Assembly (NCBI RefSeq): GCF_963921235.1
Contig: NC_086129.1
Location: forward strand, 31,868,001-31,932,000
DNA: 64,000 bases
Direction of reading: 5' to 3'
Origin: Mobula hypostoma
Taxonomy: Eukaryota
Position 1 is the stretch's first letter. The number at the start of each line of letters is the position of its first letter. The notes under the pieces were generated by a model. That model was given only the letters and a program-made list of their open reading frames with translations, did not search any database and had not been told where the DNA came from. Below, one piece after another: positions 63,595-64,000 of the stretch. A program made the translations under genes and the position numbers.

Positions 63595-64000
63595 TGTTGT
63601 AGCAAAACACACAAACTGCTGGAGGAACTCAGCAGGCCAGGCAGCATCTATAGAAAAAAGTACAGTTGACGCTTTGGACCGAAACCCTTCGGCAGGACTG
63701 GAGAAAAAAAAAGATGAGTAGTTTTAAAAGGTGGGGGGATGGGAGAGAGAAATGCCAGGTGATAGGTGAAACCTGGATTGGGGTGGGGTGGAATGAAGTA
63801 AAGAGCTGGGAAGTTGATTGGTGAGATGAGGTGAGATAGGGAAAAAAGGGATGGAAAATGGAGTATATACCCAAACGGAATATAAGGTGTTGTTCCACCA
63901 AGATGTTATATACCCAAACAGAATATAAGGTGTTGTTCCACCAACCTATATTTAGCTTCATCACACAAAATAATCTGCAGATGCTGGGGTCAAAGCAACA
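63595..64000 (-). mobile_element. Penelope pseudo-LTR/3' end; a second terminus starts at ~63960
   Basis: Inverse of the 11066..11480 type of terminus, with a mutated hammerhead core. Confidence 0.78.

Noticed and set aside
1-64000. CRISPR arrays, rRNA/tRNA genes, prokaryotic operons; most short ORFs in the supplied track
   Set aside because: The DNA is vertebrate and intron-containing. tRNA-like boxes occur only in SINE heads, and most listed ORFs are fragments or antisense frames of transposons.

Overview
Eukaryotic (vertebrate) genomic DNA, most likely from a cartilaginous fish. This is inferred from the repeat landscape: dense CR1 LINEs, tRNA-headed V-SINE-like SINEs, Penelope pseudo-LTRs and Rex1/Babar. 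Most of the window is decayed or nested transposons: HERO, CR1, Rex1/Babar, Nimb/I, L1, Tx1, Penelope, Gypsy, Tc1, mariner and one solo LTR. One host gene can be assembled by hand on the + strand (41302..~49251). It has five well-supported exons (all phase 1 with GT-AG boundaries) plus an uncertain terminal exon. It encodes a ~378-aa type I membrane Ig-superfamily receptor: leader, VJ-type V domain, C1/C2-like domain, C2/I domain, transmembrane segment and an apparently very short tail. Other notable items are an intact minimal hammerhead ribozyme core in a Penelope pseudo-LTR, fold-back Penelope mini-elements with target-site duplications (TSDs), a repeatedly targeted insertion motif, a decayed copy of the J-like end of the V exon, and a possible divergent first exon. 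No rRNA, tRNA gene or CRISPR array was seen. Repeat boundaries are approximate unless a TSD or terminal inverted repeat (TIR) is cited. All family assignments come from motif recognition; no database was searched.
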